A DNA stretch of 64,000 nucleotides, from the NCBI GenBank assembly GCA_903859715.1, contig CAIONS010000013.1, forward strand, positions 13,549 to 77,548, given 5' to 3'. The position numbers were made by a program, and so were the translations under genes. Position 1 is the first letter of the stretch, and every line of letters starts with the position of its first letter. Shown in pieces: positions 1 through 9,005 of the stretch. Under the pieces are notes generated by a model. The model worked only from the letters and a program-made list of their open reading frames with translations. It had not been told where the DNA came from and did no database searches. The stretch comes from an uncultured Opitutia bacterium. GTDB taxonomy: Bacteria; Verrucomicrobiota; Verrucomicrobiia; Opitutales; Opitutaceae.

Positions 1-409
1 CGACTACACGCCTGCACCGGATTGCTTTCACGACATCTTCGGCCACACGCCGATGATCATGCATCCGCGCTTCGCGGACTTCTACCAGAAGATCGGCCAA
101 GCGGCGCTCGCCTGCCGGGATCCGCAGCTGGAGGAAGGCCTGACCCGGATCTACTGGTTCACCGTGGAGTTCGGCCTGGTGAAAAATCCCGGCGGCCTGC
201 GCCTCTTCGGCAATGGCATCCTCTCCAGCTCCGGCGAAACCCTGCACTCGCTCACGGCGCAGGTGGAAAAGCGTCCCTTCGTGCCGGAGAAAGCCGCCGC
301 CCAGCCCTACGATATCTGGCATCTTCAGGACGTGCTCTGGGTGGTGGACTCGTTTGACCAGCTCGAACGCGAGTTCGTCCGCTGGGCCCGGTCGCACCGG
401 TTGCTCTGA
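1..409 (+). CDS. phhA: phenylalanine-4-hydroxylase (biopterin-dependent aromatic amino acid hydroxylase), C-terminal part; 5' end outside window
   Basis: Frame 2 reads DYTPAPDCFHDIFGHTPMIMHPRFADFYQKIG...IYWFTVEFGLV. It has the HDIFGH iron-ligand motif and the WFTVEFG block of the hydroxylase core. Stop TGA 407-409. Confidence 0.8.
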   Translation, partial: DYTPAPDCFHDIFGHTPMIMHPRFADFYQKIGQAALACRDPQLEEGLTRIYWFTVEFGLVKNPGGLRLFGNGILSSSGETLHSLTAQVEKRPFVPEKAAAQPYDIWHLQDVLWVVDSFDQLEREFVRWARSHRLL

Positions 410-438
410 GTGCGGAACCTCTGGCTTTACAGACCCAC

Positions 439-591
439 GTCATCCTGAGCGAAGCCGAAGGATCTCTGTTATTATTTCCCTCAAGCTGCCGTTAAGTCAC
501 AGACGCTCTCTCGGCGACGCTCAAGTGTCCGAATAAAACGCGGAATCATCGTTAGGTGTAACAGAGATCCTTCGACTTCGCTCAGGATGAC
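439..591. repeat. long-loop inverted repeat, family 'gtcatYctgagcg..gaagRatc'
   Basis: Arm 439-471 (gtcatcctgagcgaagccgaaggatctctgtta) matches the reverse complement of arm 559-591 with 1 mismatch in 33 nt. Spacer is 87 nt. Starts 30 nt after the phhA stop. Confidence 0.85.
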
Positions 592-677
592 GAACGGGAA
601 GGGAACCCCAATTGTAACCAAGCCGAGGCGGCCCAAACTTGCCTCGGAAGCAGGATGTCGTTGGCTTGAGGTCATCC

Positions 678-1697
678 ATGAAAACCCCGCTCCCCTTCCT
701 TGCACTCGTGCTGGGCGCCTGCGTGATGACCGCGATTTCCATCCACGCGGCTCCTGGTGAGAAAATTCCGCTCCCTGGCAACAGCGGCTGGGATTACCTC
801 AGCGTGGATTCCGCAGCCCGCCGGCTCTACGTCACCCACGGCGATCGCGTCCATGTGGTGAACCTCGACACCGACACCGCGGTCGGGGAAATCGCACCCA
901 TCGACGGCGCGCATGGCGTCGCCCTCGCCCCGGATCTGGGCCGCGGCTTCGTCAGCAACGGCAAAACCGGTTTCATCACGGTCTTCGATCTCAAAACCCT
1001 GGGCATCCTCGCCCTGTGGCAGACGGCCGGCAAGAAACCCGATGCCGTCCTCTATGATCCGGCCACCCGGCAGCTCTTCTCCTTCAACGGCGAATCGGAA
1101 AACGCCACGGTCTTCGACGCCGTCACCGGCGGGCTGGCCGGCACCGTCAAGCTGGGAGGCGGGCCGGAGTTCGCCGCAACCGATGCCGCGGGACATGTCT
1201 TTGTGAACATCGAGGATAACGACGAAACCCTGCGGTTGGATGCCCGCTCGCTGGCGGTCACCGCGCGCTGGCCGCTGGCTCCCGCCCACGCGCCCAGCGC
1301 GCTCGCCATCGACCGAGCCCATCACCGCCTGTTTGTCGGCTGCCGCAGCCAGACGCTGGTCGTGCTGAATTCGGACACTGGAGCCATCGTCGCCACGCTG
1401 CCGATCGGCAAGGGTGTGGATGCGGCCACGTATGATGCGGTCCGCGGCCTCGTCCTGGTTTCAAACAGCGACGGCACCCTGAATGTTTTTCACCAGACCG
1501 ACGCCGATCATTACACAGCAACCGAAACGCTGGCCACTGCACCGGGCGCACGGACCCATGCCGTTGATCCCAAGACCGGCCGGGTTTTTCTGGCCTCCGC
1601 CCAGTTTGAAGCCGCGCCACCGTCCGCTCCCGGCCAACCCAAGGTCCGTCCGGCCATCAAGCCCGGCTCATTTGGCGTGCTGGTTTTAAAACCGTAG
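678..1697 (+). CDS. secreted YncE-like / YVTN-family beta-propeller repeat protein
   Basis: ORF 639-1697. The internal ATG at 678 gives signal peptide MKTPLPFLALVLGACVMTAISIHA. Repeated blade-like segments are present (e.g. GAHGVALAPDLGRGFVSNGKTGFITVFDLKT, PSALAIDRAHHRLFVGC, GVDAATYDAVRGLVLVSNSDGTLNVF). Confidence 0.7.
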   Translation: MKTPLPFLALVLGACVMTAISIHAAPGEKIPLPGNSGWDYLSVDSAARRLYVTHGDRVHVVNLDTDTAVGEIAPIDGAHGVALAPDLGRGFVSNGKTGFITVFDLKTLGILALWQTAGKKPDAVLYDPATRQLFSFNGESENATVFDAVTGGLAGTVKLGGGPEFAATDAAGHVFVNIEDNDETLRLDARSLAVTARWPLAPAHAPSALAIDRAHHRLFVGCRSQTLVVLNSDTGAIVATLPIGKGVDAATYDAVRGLVLVSNSDGTLNVFHQTDADHYTATETLATAPGARTHAVDPKTGRVFLASAQFEAAPPSAPGQPKVRPAIKPGSFGVLVLKP

Positions 1698-1787
1698 GCC
1701 CGTCCGTTCAGGGATGCCTCGGCCAACGGGCTTGCGCGCGTGCGGCGGCTCTGGCTTCGTCAGCCGCTGACGATGTCCGCTCGACGC

Positions 1788-1885
1788 GATTCAAGATTCC
1801 GGATTCAAGAACCAAGAGTGTCCGGCGGCAAATCCCCCGGTCCGATTGCGTCCGGTTAATCCTCTTCCGTCTTGAATCTTGATCC
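1788..1885. repeat. 'gattcaaga' repeat cluster (two direct copies plus an inverted copy overlapping the MFS start codon)
   Basis: gattcaagattccggattcaagaacc at 1788-1813. The inverted copy tcttgaatcttgatcc at 1870-1885 contains the TTG start at 1872. Confidence 0.6.
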
Positions 1886-3116
1886 TTCAATTCGCCGCCG
1901 GCTCCGCCTCACGCTCGCCGCCGCCCTGCTTGGATGGATGTTTGACGGGCTCGAAATGGGGCTGTTCCCGCTCGTGGCCCGGCCGGCCTTGCAGCAAATG
2001 CAGCAGGGCGTGCAGGTCAGCGATGCCTTCATCGGTCACTGGATGGGCATCATCACCGCGGCCTTTTTGCTCGGCGCCGCGGCCGGCGGCCTGATCTTCG
2101 GCTGGCTCGGCGACCGCGTGGGCCGCGTGCGGGCCCTGAGCCTGAGCGTGCTCACGTACTCGCTCTTCACCGGGCTCACCTACTTCGCCCAAATCCCTTG
2201 GCATCTTGCGCTCACGCGCTTCTGCGCGGCGCTCGGCATGGGTGGCGAATGGTCGCTGGGTGTGGCGCTTGTGATGGAAGTCTGGCCCGAGCGGTTCCGC
2301 CCGATGCTCGCCGGCATCATCGGCGCCGCGGCCAACGTCGGGTTCGCCCTCATCGCGATCATCGGGCTGTTCTTCTCCGTGACGGTGCATTCCTGGCGCT
2401 GGGTGGTGCTCGTGGGCGCGCTGCCGGCGCTGCTCACGCTGTTCATCCGGCAGTTCGTGCCCGAGTCGGAACGCTGGCAGCACGCCGCCGCCACCGCGCC
2501 GGCTAGGCCGCTGCGCGAAATCTTCGCCCCCGGATTGCGCCGCCTGACCCTGCTCGCGACCGGCCTCACCGCCATCGTGCTCATCGGCACGTGGGGCACG
2601 GTGCAGTGGATTCCGCTCTGGGCCGACCAGCTCACCGGCGGCACGCAGCCGCAGGCCAAGGCGTGGACCGGCCTCCTCGCCGGGCTCGGCGCCATCGTGG
2701 GTTGCCTCGCCGGCGCCTGGGCGGGCGGGCGGTTCGGCCGGCGCATCACTTATTTCAGCATGTGCCTGGGCTCGCTCCTCAGCTGCGCCGTCCTGTTTCG
2801 CGGCGGGCTTGGCTATGGCCCGGGATTCCTGGCGCTGACCTTTCTCGTCGGTGCGATGACCGCCTCCTTCTTCGGCTGGCTCCCGCTTTATCTGCCCGAG
2901 CTTTTCCCCACGCGCGTCCGCGCAACCGCACAGGGCCTCGCCTACAACGCCGGCCGCATCCTCGCGGCGATCGGCGCCCTGCAGATGGGCGTATTGATGC
3001 GACAATTCGCCGGCAGCTACGCCCGGGCCGGGGCCGTCATCACGCTGATCTACGCCGTCGGTCTCGCTCTCATCTGGCTCTCCCCCGAGACCAAGGGCCG
3101 CCCCCTCCCGGAGTAA
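1872..3116 (+). CDS. MFS transporter
   Basis: 414-aa ORF with about 12 hydrophobic segments. MFS motif A-like GWLGDRVGRVR follows TM2. TTG start; no in-frame ATG precedes TM1. Confidence 0.85.
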   Translation: MNLDPSIRRRLRLTLAAALLGWMFDGLEMGLFPLVARPALQQMQQGVQVSDAFIGHWMGIITAAFLLGAAAGGLIFGWLGDRVGRVRALSLSVLTYSLFTGLTYFAQIPWHLALTRFCAALGMGGEWSLGVALVMEVWPERFRPMLAGIIGAAANVGFALIAIIGLFFSVTVHSWRWVVLVGALPALLTLFIRQFVPESERWQHAAATAPARPLREIFAPGLRRLTLLATGLTAIVLIGTWGTVQWIPLWADQLTGGTQPQAKAWTGLLAGLGAIVGCLAGAWAGGRFGRRITYFSMCLGSLLSCAVLFRGGLGYGPGFLALTFLVGAMTASFFGWLPLYLPELFPTRVRATAQGLAYNAGRILAAIGALQMGVLMRQFAGSYARAGAVITLIYAVGLALIWLSPETKGRPLPE

Positions 3117-3170
3117 CGCAGGCTAAAAGACACTGGCACCCTCGCGCCCCGGCGGCACGCTGGTCCGCCA

Positions 3171-3872
3171 ATGCCCGAGATTTCATCCCTTTCTTCTCCC
3201 CCGCTTGAGGCTCCGTGGCGCGCGGGCTGGCGGGCTGGCCGGGCTAATCTTGTGCCCGGTCTTGTGCTGTGGCTGGTGGGGTTGGTCCTCGTCGTCGCCT
3301 ACTATTACCATGCTCCAACCCATGCGGCCCTGGAACGGCTGACCCAGCTGCGCGCCCGGACCGGGTTTTGGTTTCCCATCATCGGCACCCTGATTTGCGG
3401 CGGCCTGCTGCCCATTCTTTACCTGCGCCGCGATCCCGCGGTTCGGCGCGACTATCAACTTAAGAACTGCATTTTTATCCTGACGTTCTGGGCCTACAAG
3501 GGCGTCGAGGTCGAACTGTGGTACCGCTTGCTCGCGCATGTCGTCGGTCCGGGCAATGATGTGCGGACAATCGCGCTCAAGGGCGTGCTGGACCAGTTTC
3601 TTTACTCTCCCCTGTTTGCCGTGCCCATCACCGTGCTGGTCTTTGCCTTCAACCACGCCGGCCTGCGCTTCGCGCCCGTGCTGGCCGACATCCGGGCCGG
3701 CGGCTGGTACCGTCGCCATATCCTGCCGACGGTGATCGCCAACGCGGGCCTGTGGATCCCGGTGGTGTGCTTGGTTTATGCACTGCCGCTGGCGCTGCAG
3801 ACCCTGCTGTTCGACCTGGTGCTCTGCTTCTGCATCCTGCTGGTCGCGCACATCACGCGCCGGAAAACCTGA
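3171..3872 (+). CDS. integral membrane protein of unknown function (possibly Mpv17/PMP22-like)
   Basis: 233-aa ORF with several hydrophobic helices and coding-like composition. Family assignment is only a weak impression. Confidence 0.55.
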   Translation: MPEISSLSSPPLEAPWRAGWRAGRANLVPGLVLWLVGLVLVVAYYYHAPTHAALERLTQLRARTGFWFPIIGTLICGGLLPILYLRRDPAVRRDYQLKNCIFILTFWAYKGVEVELWYRLLAHVVGPGNDVRTIALKGVLDQFLYSPLFAVPITVLVFAFNHAGLRFAPVLADIRAGGWYRRHILPTVIANAGLWIPVVCLVYALPLALQTLLFDLVLCFCILLVAHITRRKT

Positions 3873-3877
3873 ACCGG

Positions 3878-4089
3878 ATTTTACAAGAGATAACAGAGCG
3901 AACAGAGAAAAGGAGCAAACCTCGGAAGTTTTTTAACCACGGATTTCACGGATCTACGCGGATAGGAAATCAAACCCAAAGCGCTGATCTGTGTCGGAGA
4001 TCTTATCCGGATCGAATCCGTGAAATCCTTGGTTAAATATTCCCAATCCGAGCTTACCTCTCCGTTCTCTCCATTACCTCCTGTAAAAT
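3878..4089. repeat. nested composite palindromic element (about 210 bp)
   Basis: Outer arms 3878-3910 / 4057-4089. Inner arms 3933-3953 (ttaaccacggatttcacggat) / 4016-4036 with 1 mismatch. Begins 6 nt after the stop of the upstream gene. Confidence 0.85.
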
Positions 4090-4255
4090 GGATTCGAAGT
4101 TCGGAGTCTGAACCGCGGGCCGCTTTCGCTCTTTCGGCCCATATCCAACCGGTCCGGTTTCGCATAACATCTTTCATTCCTGTTACCTTCGCCCGCTTGC
4201 GTGATTTGAACGGGAATCTTTGCGTTCTCTTCCGCCTCTCACACACTCCTCCTCC

Positions 4256-6382
4256 ATGATGTCGCCCCGTTTTACCCTGAGCCCGCTGAAAGGTTTTCCC
4301 GGCCTCTGCGCTCTGGCGCTCGCCCTCTTTCTGCCCGCCCAGGCCCGGGCGGTTTCCCACGTCCAGGCCTCGCTTGTCGCCGCCACGGCGTCGATCCAGC
4401 CGGGCAAGCCTTTCACGGTCGCGCTCCGCTTCGTGCATGATCCGCATTGGCACACGTATTGGACCAACCCTGGCACGGGCCTGGCCACGTCGCTCACCTG
4501 GACCCTCCCGTCCGGTTTCACCGCCAGCGACATCCTGTGGCCGGCGCCGCATGTACTCACCGATCACACCGGCACCGTCATCGGCAACGGTTACGAAGGT
4601 GAACTTTTTCTTCCCGTGACCATCACGCCACCCGCCGACCTCAAGCCCGGCACGAGCGTCACGCTTAACGCCGCCGCTGATTGGCTGATGTGCGAGGAGG
4701 TCTGCATGCCCGGTGCCACCAAGGTTGCGCTGACGCTGCCCGTTTCCACCGACGCGCCCGCGCCTGATGCCCAATGGGGCGCCAAGGTCTCTGCCACAGT
4801 AGCTGCACTGCCCCGCACGGATGCCGGCTGGAACGTCGCAGCCACGCGCGACGCCAAGACGATCACGCTTACAGTCACACCAACCACCGCCGGCGGCCAT
4901 GTCCCCGCCGATCTCCACTTCTTCGCCGATGATAATCTCGTGGCCTACGAACTGCCCCAAATCATCAAGGCCAATGGTCAGGGCGGATTCGTGCTCACGC
5001 TCCCGATCTCGCCCGACGGTCCGGCCGACTCCAAGAAACTCCTCGGCGTACTCACCGCAGAAAATGGCTGGCTCGCAGACGGCTCACTGCGCGGCCTGCG
5101 CGTGGACGTCCCCTTCGGCGCAACCGCTTCCCTTACCCCCCTCGCCTCCAGCCCCTCGCCCCAAGCCTCCTCACCCGCCCCCACCAGCCTGATCGGGACG
5201 CTCCTGCTCGCCTTCATCGGCGGGCTCATCCTCAACCTGATGCCATGCGTCTTCCCCGTGCTCGGCATCAAGATCCTCGGCTTCGTGAACCAGTCCGGGC
5301 AGGACAAAAAGAAAGTCGTCACGCACGGGCTGGTCTTCGCCCTCGGCGTGCTGCTCTCATTTTGGACGCTCGCCGGCGTGCTCGCGGTCCTGCGCGCGGG
5401 CGGCGACAAGATCGGCTGGGGTTTCCAGCTGCAGTCGCCCGCCTTCGTGTTTGCCCTTGCGGCGCTCATGCTCGTCTTCGCGCTCAACATGAGCGGACTG
5501 TTTGAGTTCGGCCTTTCCGCCACCGGCGTCGGTTCGAACCTGCAGTCAAAGTCCGGCCTGGCCGGCTCGTTCTTCACCGGTGTGCTCGCGACGGTCGTCG
5601 CCACGCCGTGCTCCGCGCCGTTCCTCGCCCCCGCGCTCGGCGCTGCGCTCGCACTGTCCGTCGGCGAGTCGTTCCTCATCTTCACGACCATCGCCCTCGG
5701 CCTCGCCCTGCCGTACCTGCTCCTCTCGATTTTCCCGCAGGCCGTGAAAGTACTGCCGCGCCCCGGCGCATGGATGGAGACCTTCAAGCAGTTCATGGCC
5801 TTTCCGCTGTACGCGACCGTCGGCTACCTGGTGTGGGTCCTCGCCGGCCAGACCTCCGAGAGCGGCCTGCTCATGGCGCTCTTCGGCCTCGTGCTCGTCG
5901 CGATGGGCGTGTGGTTCTATGGACGCTGGAACGCCCCCGGCGCCTCCGCCGGCCGCGCGCGCTTCGGTCTCATCGCCGGGGTTGTTGTGTTCGCACTCGG
6001 CGCGTGGACCGGCTGGCCACAGGCGCCCGCCGCCAACGAGATCACTTGGGAGAAATGGAGCCCCGAGACGGTCGCGAAGCTCCGTGCCGACGGCCGCACC
6101 GTGTACGTGGACTTCACCGCGCGCTGGTGCGCGACCTGCCAGGCGAACAAGAAACTCGTGTTCCACAACGAGGACGTTCTGAAATATTTCCGCGACCAGA
6201 AGATCGCGACCTTGCGCGGCGACTGGACAAATCAGGACCCGCAGATCACCGCCGAGCTGGCGAAGTACCAGCGCAGCGCCGTCCCTTTCAACGTGATCTG
6301 GCTGCCCGGTAAACCCGACCCTGTGATCCTCCCCGAACTGCTCACGCCGAGCACCGTGCTCGATGCGTTGAAGAAGCCGTGA
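4256..6382 (+). CDS. dsbD: thiol:disulfide interchange protein DsbD family (protein-disulfide reductase)
   Basis: ORF 4220-6382. ATG at 4256 gives signal peptide MMSPRFTLSPLKGFPGLCALALALFLPAQARA. N-terminal DsbD-alpha-like domain has the Cys pair (WLMCEEVCMPG). The central TM domain has the PCVFPVL and TPCSAPFL motifs. C-terminal thioredoxin fold has WCATC. Confidence 0.85.
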   Translation: MMSPRFTLSPLKGFPGLCALALALFLPAQARAVSHVQASLVAATASIQPGKPFTVALRFVHDPHWHTYWTNPGTGLATSLTWTLPSGFTASDILWPAPHVLTDHTGTVIGNGYEGELFLPVTITPPADLKPGTSVTLNAAADWLMCEEVCMPGATKVALTLPVSTDAPAPDAQWGAKVSATVAALPRTDAGWNVAATRDAKTITLTVTPTTAGGHVPADLHFFADDNLVAYELPQIIKANGQGGFVLTLPISPDGPADSKKLLGVLTAENGWLADGSLRGLRVDVPFGATASLTPLASSPSPQASSPAPTSLIGTLLLAFIGGLILNLMPCVFPVLGIKILGFVNQSGQDKKKVVTHGLVFALGVLLSFWTLAGVLAVLRAGGDKIGWGFQLQSPAFVFALAALMLVFALNMSGLFEFGLSATGVGSNLQSKSGLAGSFFTGVLATVVATPCSAPFLAPALGAALALSVGESFLIFTTIALGLALPYLLLSIFPQAVKVLPRPGAWMETFKQFMAFPLYATVGYLVWVLAGQTSESGLLMALFGLVLVAMGVWFYGRWNAPGASAGRARFGLIAGVVVFALGAWTGWPQAPAANEITWEKWSPETVAKLRADGRTVYVDFTARWCATCQANKKLVFHNEDVLKYFRDQKIATLRGDWTNQDPQITAELAKYQRSAVPFNVIWLPGKPDPVILPELLTPSTVLDALKKP

Positions 6383-6390
6383 GCAGGACA

Positions 6391-6411
6391 GGCGGGGTCA
6401 GCGACCCCGCC
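6391..6411 (+). terminator. GC-rich hairpin after dsbD (no U tract)
   Basis: ggcggggtc-agc-gaccccgcc, a perfect 9-bp stem 9 nt after the stop. It lacks a T run, so intrinsic-terminator function is uncertain. Confidence 0.35.
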
Positions 6412-6473
6412 CTACATTGCGCCCGACATTTTATTCGTGCGCCCAAGGCGCGCGACGGGCATCCGGTTGAGCC

Positions 6474-7319
6474 GTGAAAAACCCTGATCACACGCGGGCC
6501 GTCGGCCAGTTGCTTGGCGCCGCGCTGCTCTGGAGCCTTGCCGGCGTGCTGATCAAGGGGATCGCCTGGCCGCCCCTCGCCGTCGCCGGCGGACGCGGGA
6601 TCATCGCCGCGCTTTTCCTCCTCGCGACCAGCCGCGGGCTGAAGTTCACGTGGTCACGCGTGCAGGTTGGCGCCGCCCTCGCCTACGTGGGCTGCACGGT
6701 CACGTTCGTCATCGCCAACCGCATGACGACGGCGGCCAATGCGATCCTGCTCCAGTACACTGCGCCCGTCTGGGTCGCACTGGCCGGCGCCTGGTTTCTG
6801 GGTGAACGCACCACCCGCGCCGATTGGTGGGCGATTGCCGCCACGTTTGCCGGCATGGGTTTGTTTTTCGCGGACGAGCTCCGGCTCACCAGCATCGTCG
6901 GCAACCTCGTCGGCGCCCTGAGCGGCGTGTGCTTTGCCGCGATGGCGATCCTGATGCGGAAGCAAAAGGACTCGTCGGTCGTCGAGTCCATCATCCTGGG
7001 CAACCTCTTCGCCTTCGTGATCGGCCTGCCGTTCATTGCCACAGCTCCCGCCCTGCCGGGTCGCGGCTGGATCATGCTGCTCGTGCTCGGCGTGGTGCAG
7101 CTCGGCGTTTCGTACCGGCTCTACAGCCGCGCCATCCGCCACGTCACTGCCCTCGAGGCCGTACTCATCCCGGTGGTCGAGCCCATCCTCAATCCCGTCT
7201 GGGTGCTGCTCTTTGTCGGCGAACGTCCCGGTCCGCTCGCGTTGGTGGGCGGCGTGATTGTGCTCGGCGCGGTCACGCTACGGGCCGTCGCCTCCGTCCG
7301 CTCGGCGCGTCCCGCATGA
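6474..7319 (+). CDS. DMT superfamily (EamA-like) transporter
   Basis: 281 aa, about 10 TM segments, two EamA-like halves, GTG start. Confidence 0.85.
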   Translation: MKNPDHTRAVGQLLGAALLWSLAGVLIKGIAWPPLAVAGGRGIIAALFLLATSRGLKFTWSRVQVGAALAYVGCTVTFVIANRMTTAANAILLQYTAPVWVALAGAWFLGERTTRADWWAIAATFAGMGLFFADELRLTSIVGNLVGALSGVCFAAMAILMRKQKDSSVVESIILGNLFAFVIGLPFIATAPALPGRGWIMLLVLGVVQLGVSYRLYSRAIRHVTALEAVLIPVVEPILNPVWVLLFVGERPGPLALVGGVIVLGAVTLRAVASVRSARPA

Positions 7320-8095
7320 AACCTCTCGCACTTTCCCTCACGCTGTTCCTCGCGGCCACGCTGCGGGCGAATGATGCATCCCACCCTGCCGCCGGTGAAA
7401 CCGTCGTCCTGCTGCATGGTCTCGGGCTGCGCAGCTGGGCCATGGCCCGGCTCGCCCGCGCCCTGCGGGCCGATGGCTACCGGGTGATCAACCTCACCTA
7501 TCCCTCGCGCACGATGCCACTCGAGGAACTCGCCGACACCTGGCTGCCTGCGCAACTGCGGGTCGCCGGCCTGGGCGCCGATGCGCGGGTGGATTTCGTC
7601 ACGCATTCGATGGGTGGAATCCTCGTGCGGTTTTATCGGCGGGACCATCCGGCGGATCACCCGGGGCGGGTGGTGATGTTGGCCCCGCCCAACCAGGGTA
7701 GCGAGGTCGTCGATCACCTGAACGGTTTCGCGCCGTTCCGCTGGTTCACCGGCCTTAACGGCCGGCGCCTCGGCACCGACGCCGCCTCCGCGCCGCATCT
7801 GCTGGGTCCGTGGCCCCGGGGCGCGGGCGAACTCGGGATCATCGCCGGCAACCGCTCGCTGAATCCGCTGTTCTCCGCGTGGCTCGGCGGACCCAATGAC
7901 GGCAAGGTCTCCGTCGCCCGCACCCGGCTCGAGGGCATGACCGACTTCATTGTACTGCCGCACTCGCACACCTGGCTGCAGTGGTGCGACGACACGGCCG
8001 CCCAAGTGCAGTCATTCCTGCTCAGCGGAAAATTTACGCACGTCACTCCGCCGGTGACGATTTCCATTGGACCAATGCATTCGCCCCGAGGATGA
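7316..8095 (+). CDS. secreted alpha/beta hydrolase (lipase/esterase-like)
   Basis: Internal ATG at 7316 overlaps the upstream stop (ATGA). Signal peptide MKPLALSLTLFLAATLRA. Nucleophile elbow THSMGG. VVLLHGLG oxyanion region. Confidence 0.75.
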   Translation: MKPLALSLTLFLAATLRANDASHPAAGETVVLLHGLGLRSWAMARLARALRADGYRVINLTYPSRTMPLEELADTWLPAQLRVAGLGADARVDFVTHSMGGILVRFYRRDHPADHPGRVVMLAPPNQGSEVVDHLNGFAPFRWFTGLNGRRLGTDAASAPHLLGPWPRGAGELGIIAGNRSLNPLFSAWLGGPNDGKVSVARTRLEGMTDFIVLPHSHTWLQWCDDTAAQVQSFLLSGKFTHVTPPVTISIGPMHSPRG

Positions 8096-9005
8096 GTCCG
8101 CCGCCGATCACGAGGGCGGACGTCAGGGGCTGGTTCGGATAGTCGATGCCCACCCAGCGGGCCAGCGGTCTCGGCAGAACGACTTCCGCGAGCGCAGCGA
8201 TGACCGGACTGAAACAGTAGATCAGGCCGGCTTCCGCGGTCGGGACGAAGCGCTGCCACCGGTTCATCAGGATGAAAGGTCCGGCGGTGCCGAGTACCGC
8301 CGCCGCGAGCATGACCCCCAGCCAGCCCAGCGAAGAATAGGGCGCCAGCAGGTGCGCCGGATCCCGGCAGGTGAGCAGGCTGACCGCCGCAAAGAGCCCG
8401 CCCTCGACCAGGAACATCGCCGCTGACGTCCGCTCGGCCCGATTATTGTGGAACGCCGGCCAGTTGAGCGAACAGAGCAGCGCCGAGAAGAACAGCGTCG
8501 CGATGAGCACTTCCGTTTCCCCCCGCCCGATGCGAAACGTCCGCCAGTCCACGCGGGCCAGGACCGCCACGCCGGCCAGCACCAGCAGGCTCGCCAGCAG
8601 CACGGGCCACGACGGACGTTTCCGCTGGATCAGCGCCCACCACAGGGGAATCAGGATCACATAAAATTGCGTGAGAAACGCCGTGGTTGCGGCGGTCGTG
8701 CGCTGCAGCCCGTCGTTCTGCAGCAGGCAGCCGGCAAACGACGTCACCGCCATGAAGACCGCCTGCGCCCATTCGCGGCGGGTCAGCTGCAACACCCGGC
8801 CCCCATGGAGCGCGACCAGCAGCAGAACCCCGACCGCAAACCGCGGCACGAGGTTGTGCGCCGAGATGAACCACGTGCTCTCGCCGGCGGCGAAGGGCAG
8901 CTGGGTGAGCACGGACGCCTTGAACAGCACAAAGCCCACTCCCGTGGCCAGCGTGCTGGCGGCGAGAATCGTCAGGGCGGTCCAGTGCCGGGTCCCGGGG
9001 TTCAT
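8043..9005 (-). CDS. DMT/EamA-family transporter (downstream paralog)
   Basis: ORF 8043-9263. The ATG at 9005 (MNPGTRHWTALTIL...) begins the hydrophobic protein and overlaps the upstream stop as ATGA. About 10 TM segments. Confidence 0.8.
   Translation of the reverse strand: MNPGTRHWTALTILAASTLATGVGFVLFKASVLTQLPFAAGESTWFISAHNLVPRFAVGVLLLVALHGGRVLQLTRREWAQAVFMAVTSFAGCLLQNDGLQRTTAATTAFLTQFYVILIPLWWALIQRKRPSWPVLLASLLVLAGVAVLARVDWRTFRIGRGETEVLIATLFFSALLCSLNWPAFHNNRAERTSAAMFLVEGGLFAAVSLLTCRDPAHLLAPYSSLGWLGVMLAAAVLGTAGPFILMNRWQRFVPTAEAGLIYCFSPVIAALAEVVLPRPLARWVGIDYPNQPLTSALVIGGGLILGANALVQWKSSPAE

Noticed and set aside
5515-5545. tRNA-like T-arm sequence ggttcgaacc
   Set aside because: It lies inside the dsbD coding frame (GVGSNLQS) with no acceptor or anticodon arms around it. 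No tRNA-like cloverleaf was seen in any intergenic region.
8043-8095. 53-bp convergent overlap between the alpha/beta-hydrolase and DMT genes (also 14 bp for rarD/FKBP at 42315-42328)
   Set aside because: Both reading frames are simply open to these stops. Short 3' overlaps of convergent genes are common in compact GC-rich genomes and are not evidence of a special mechanism.
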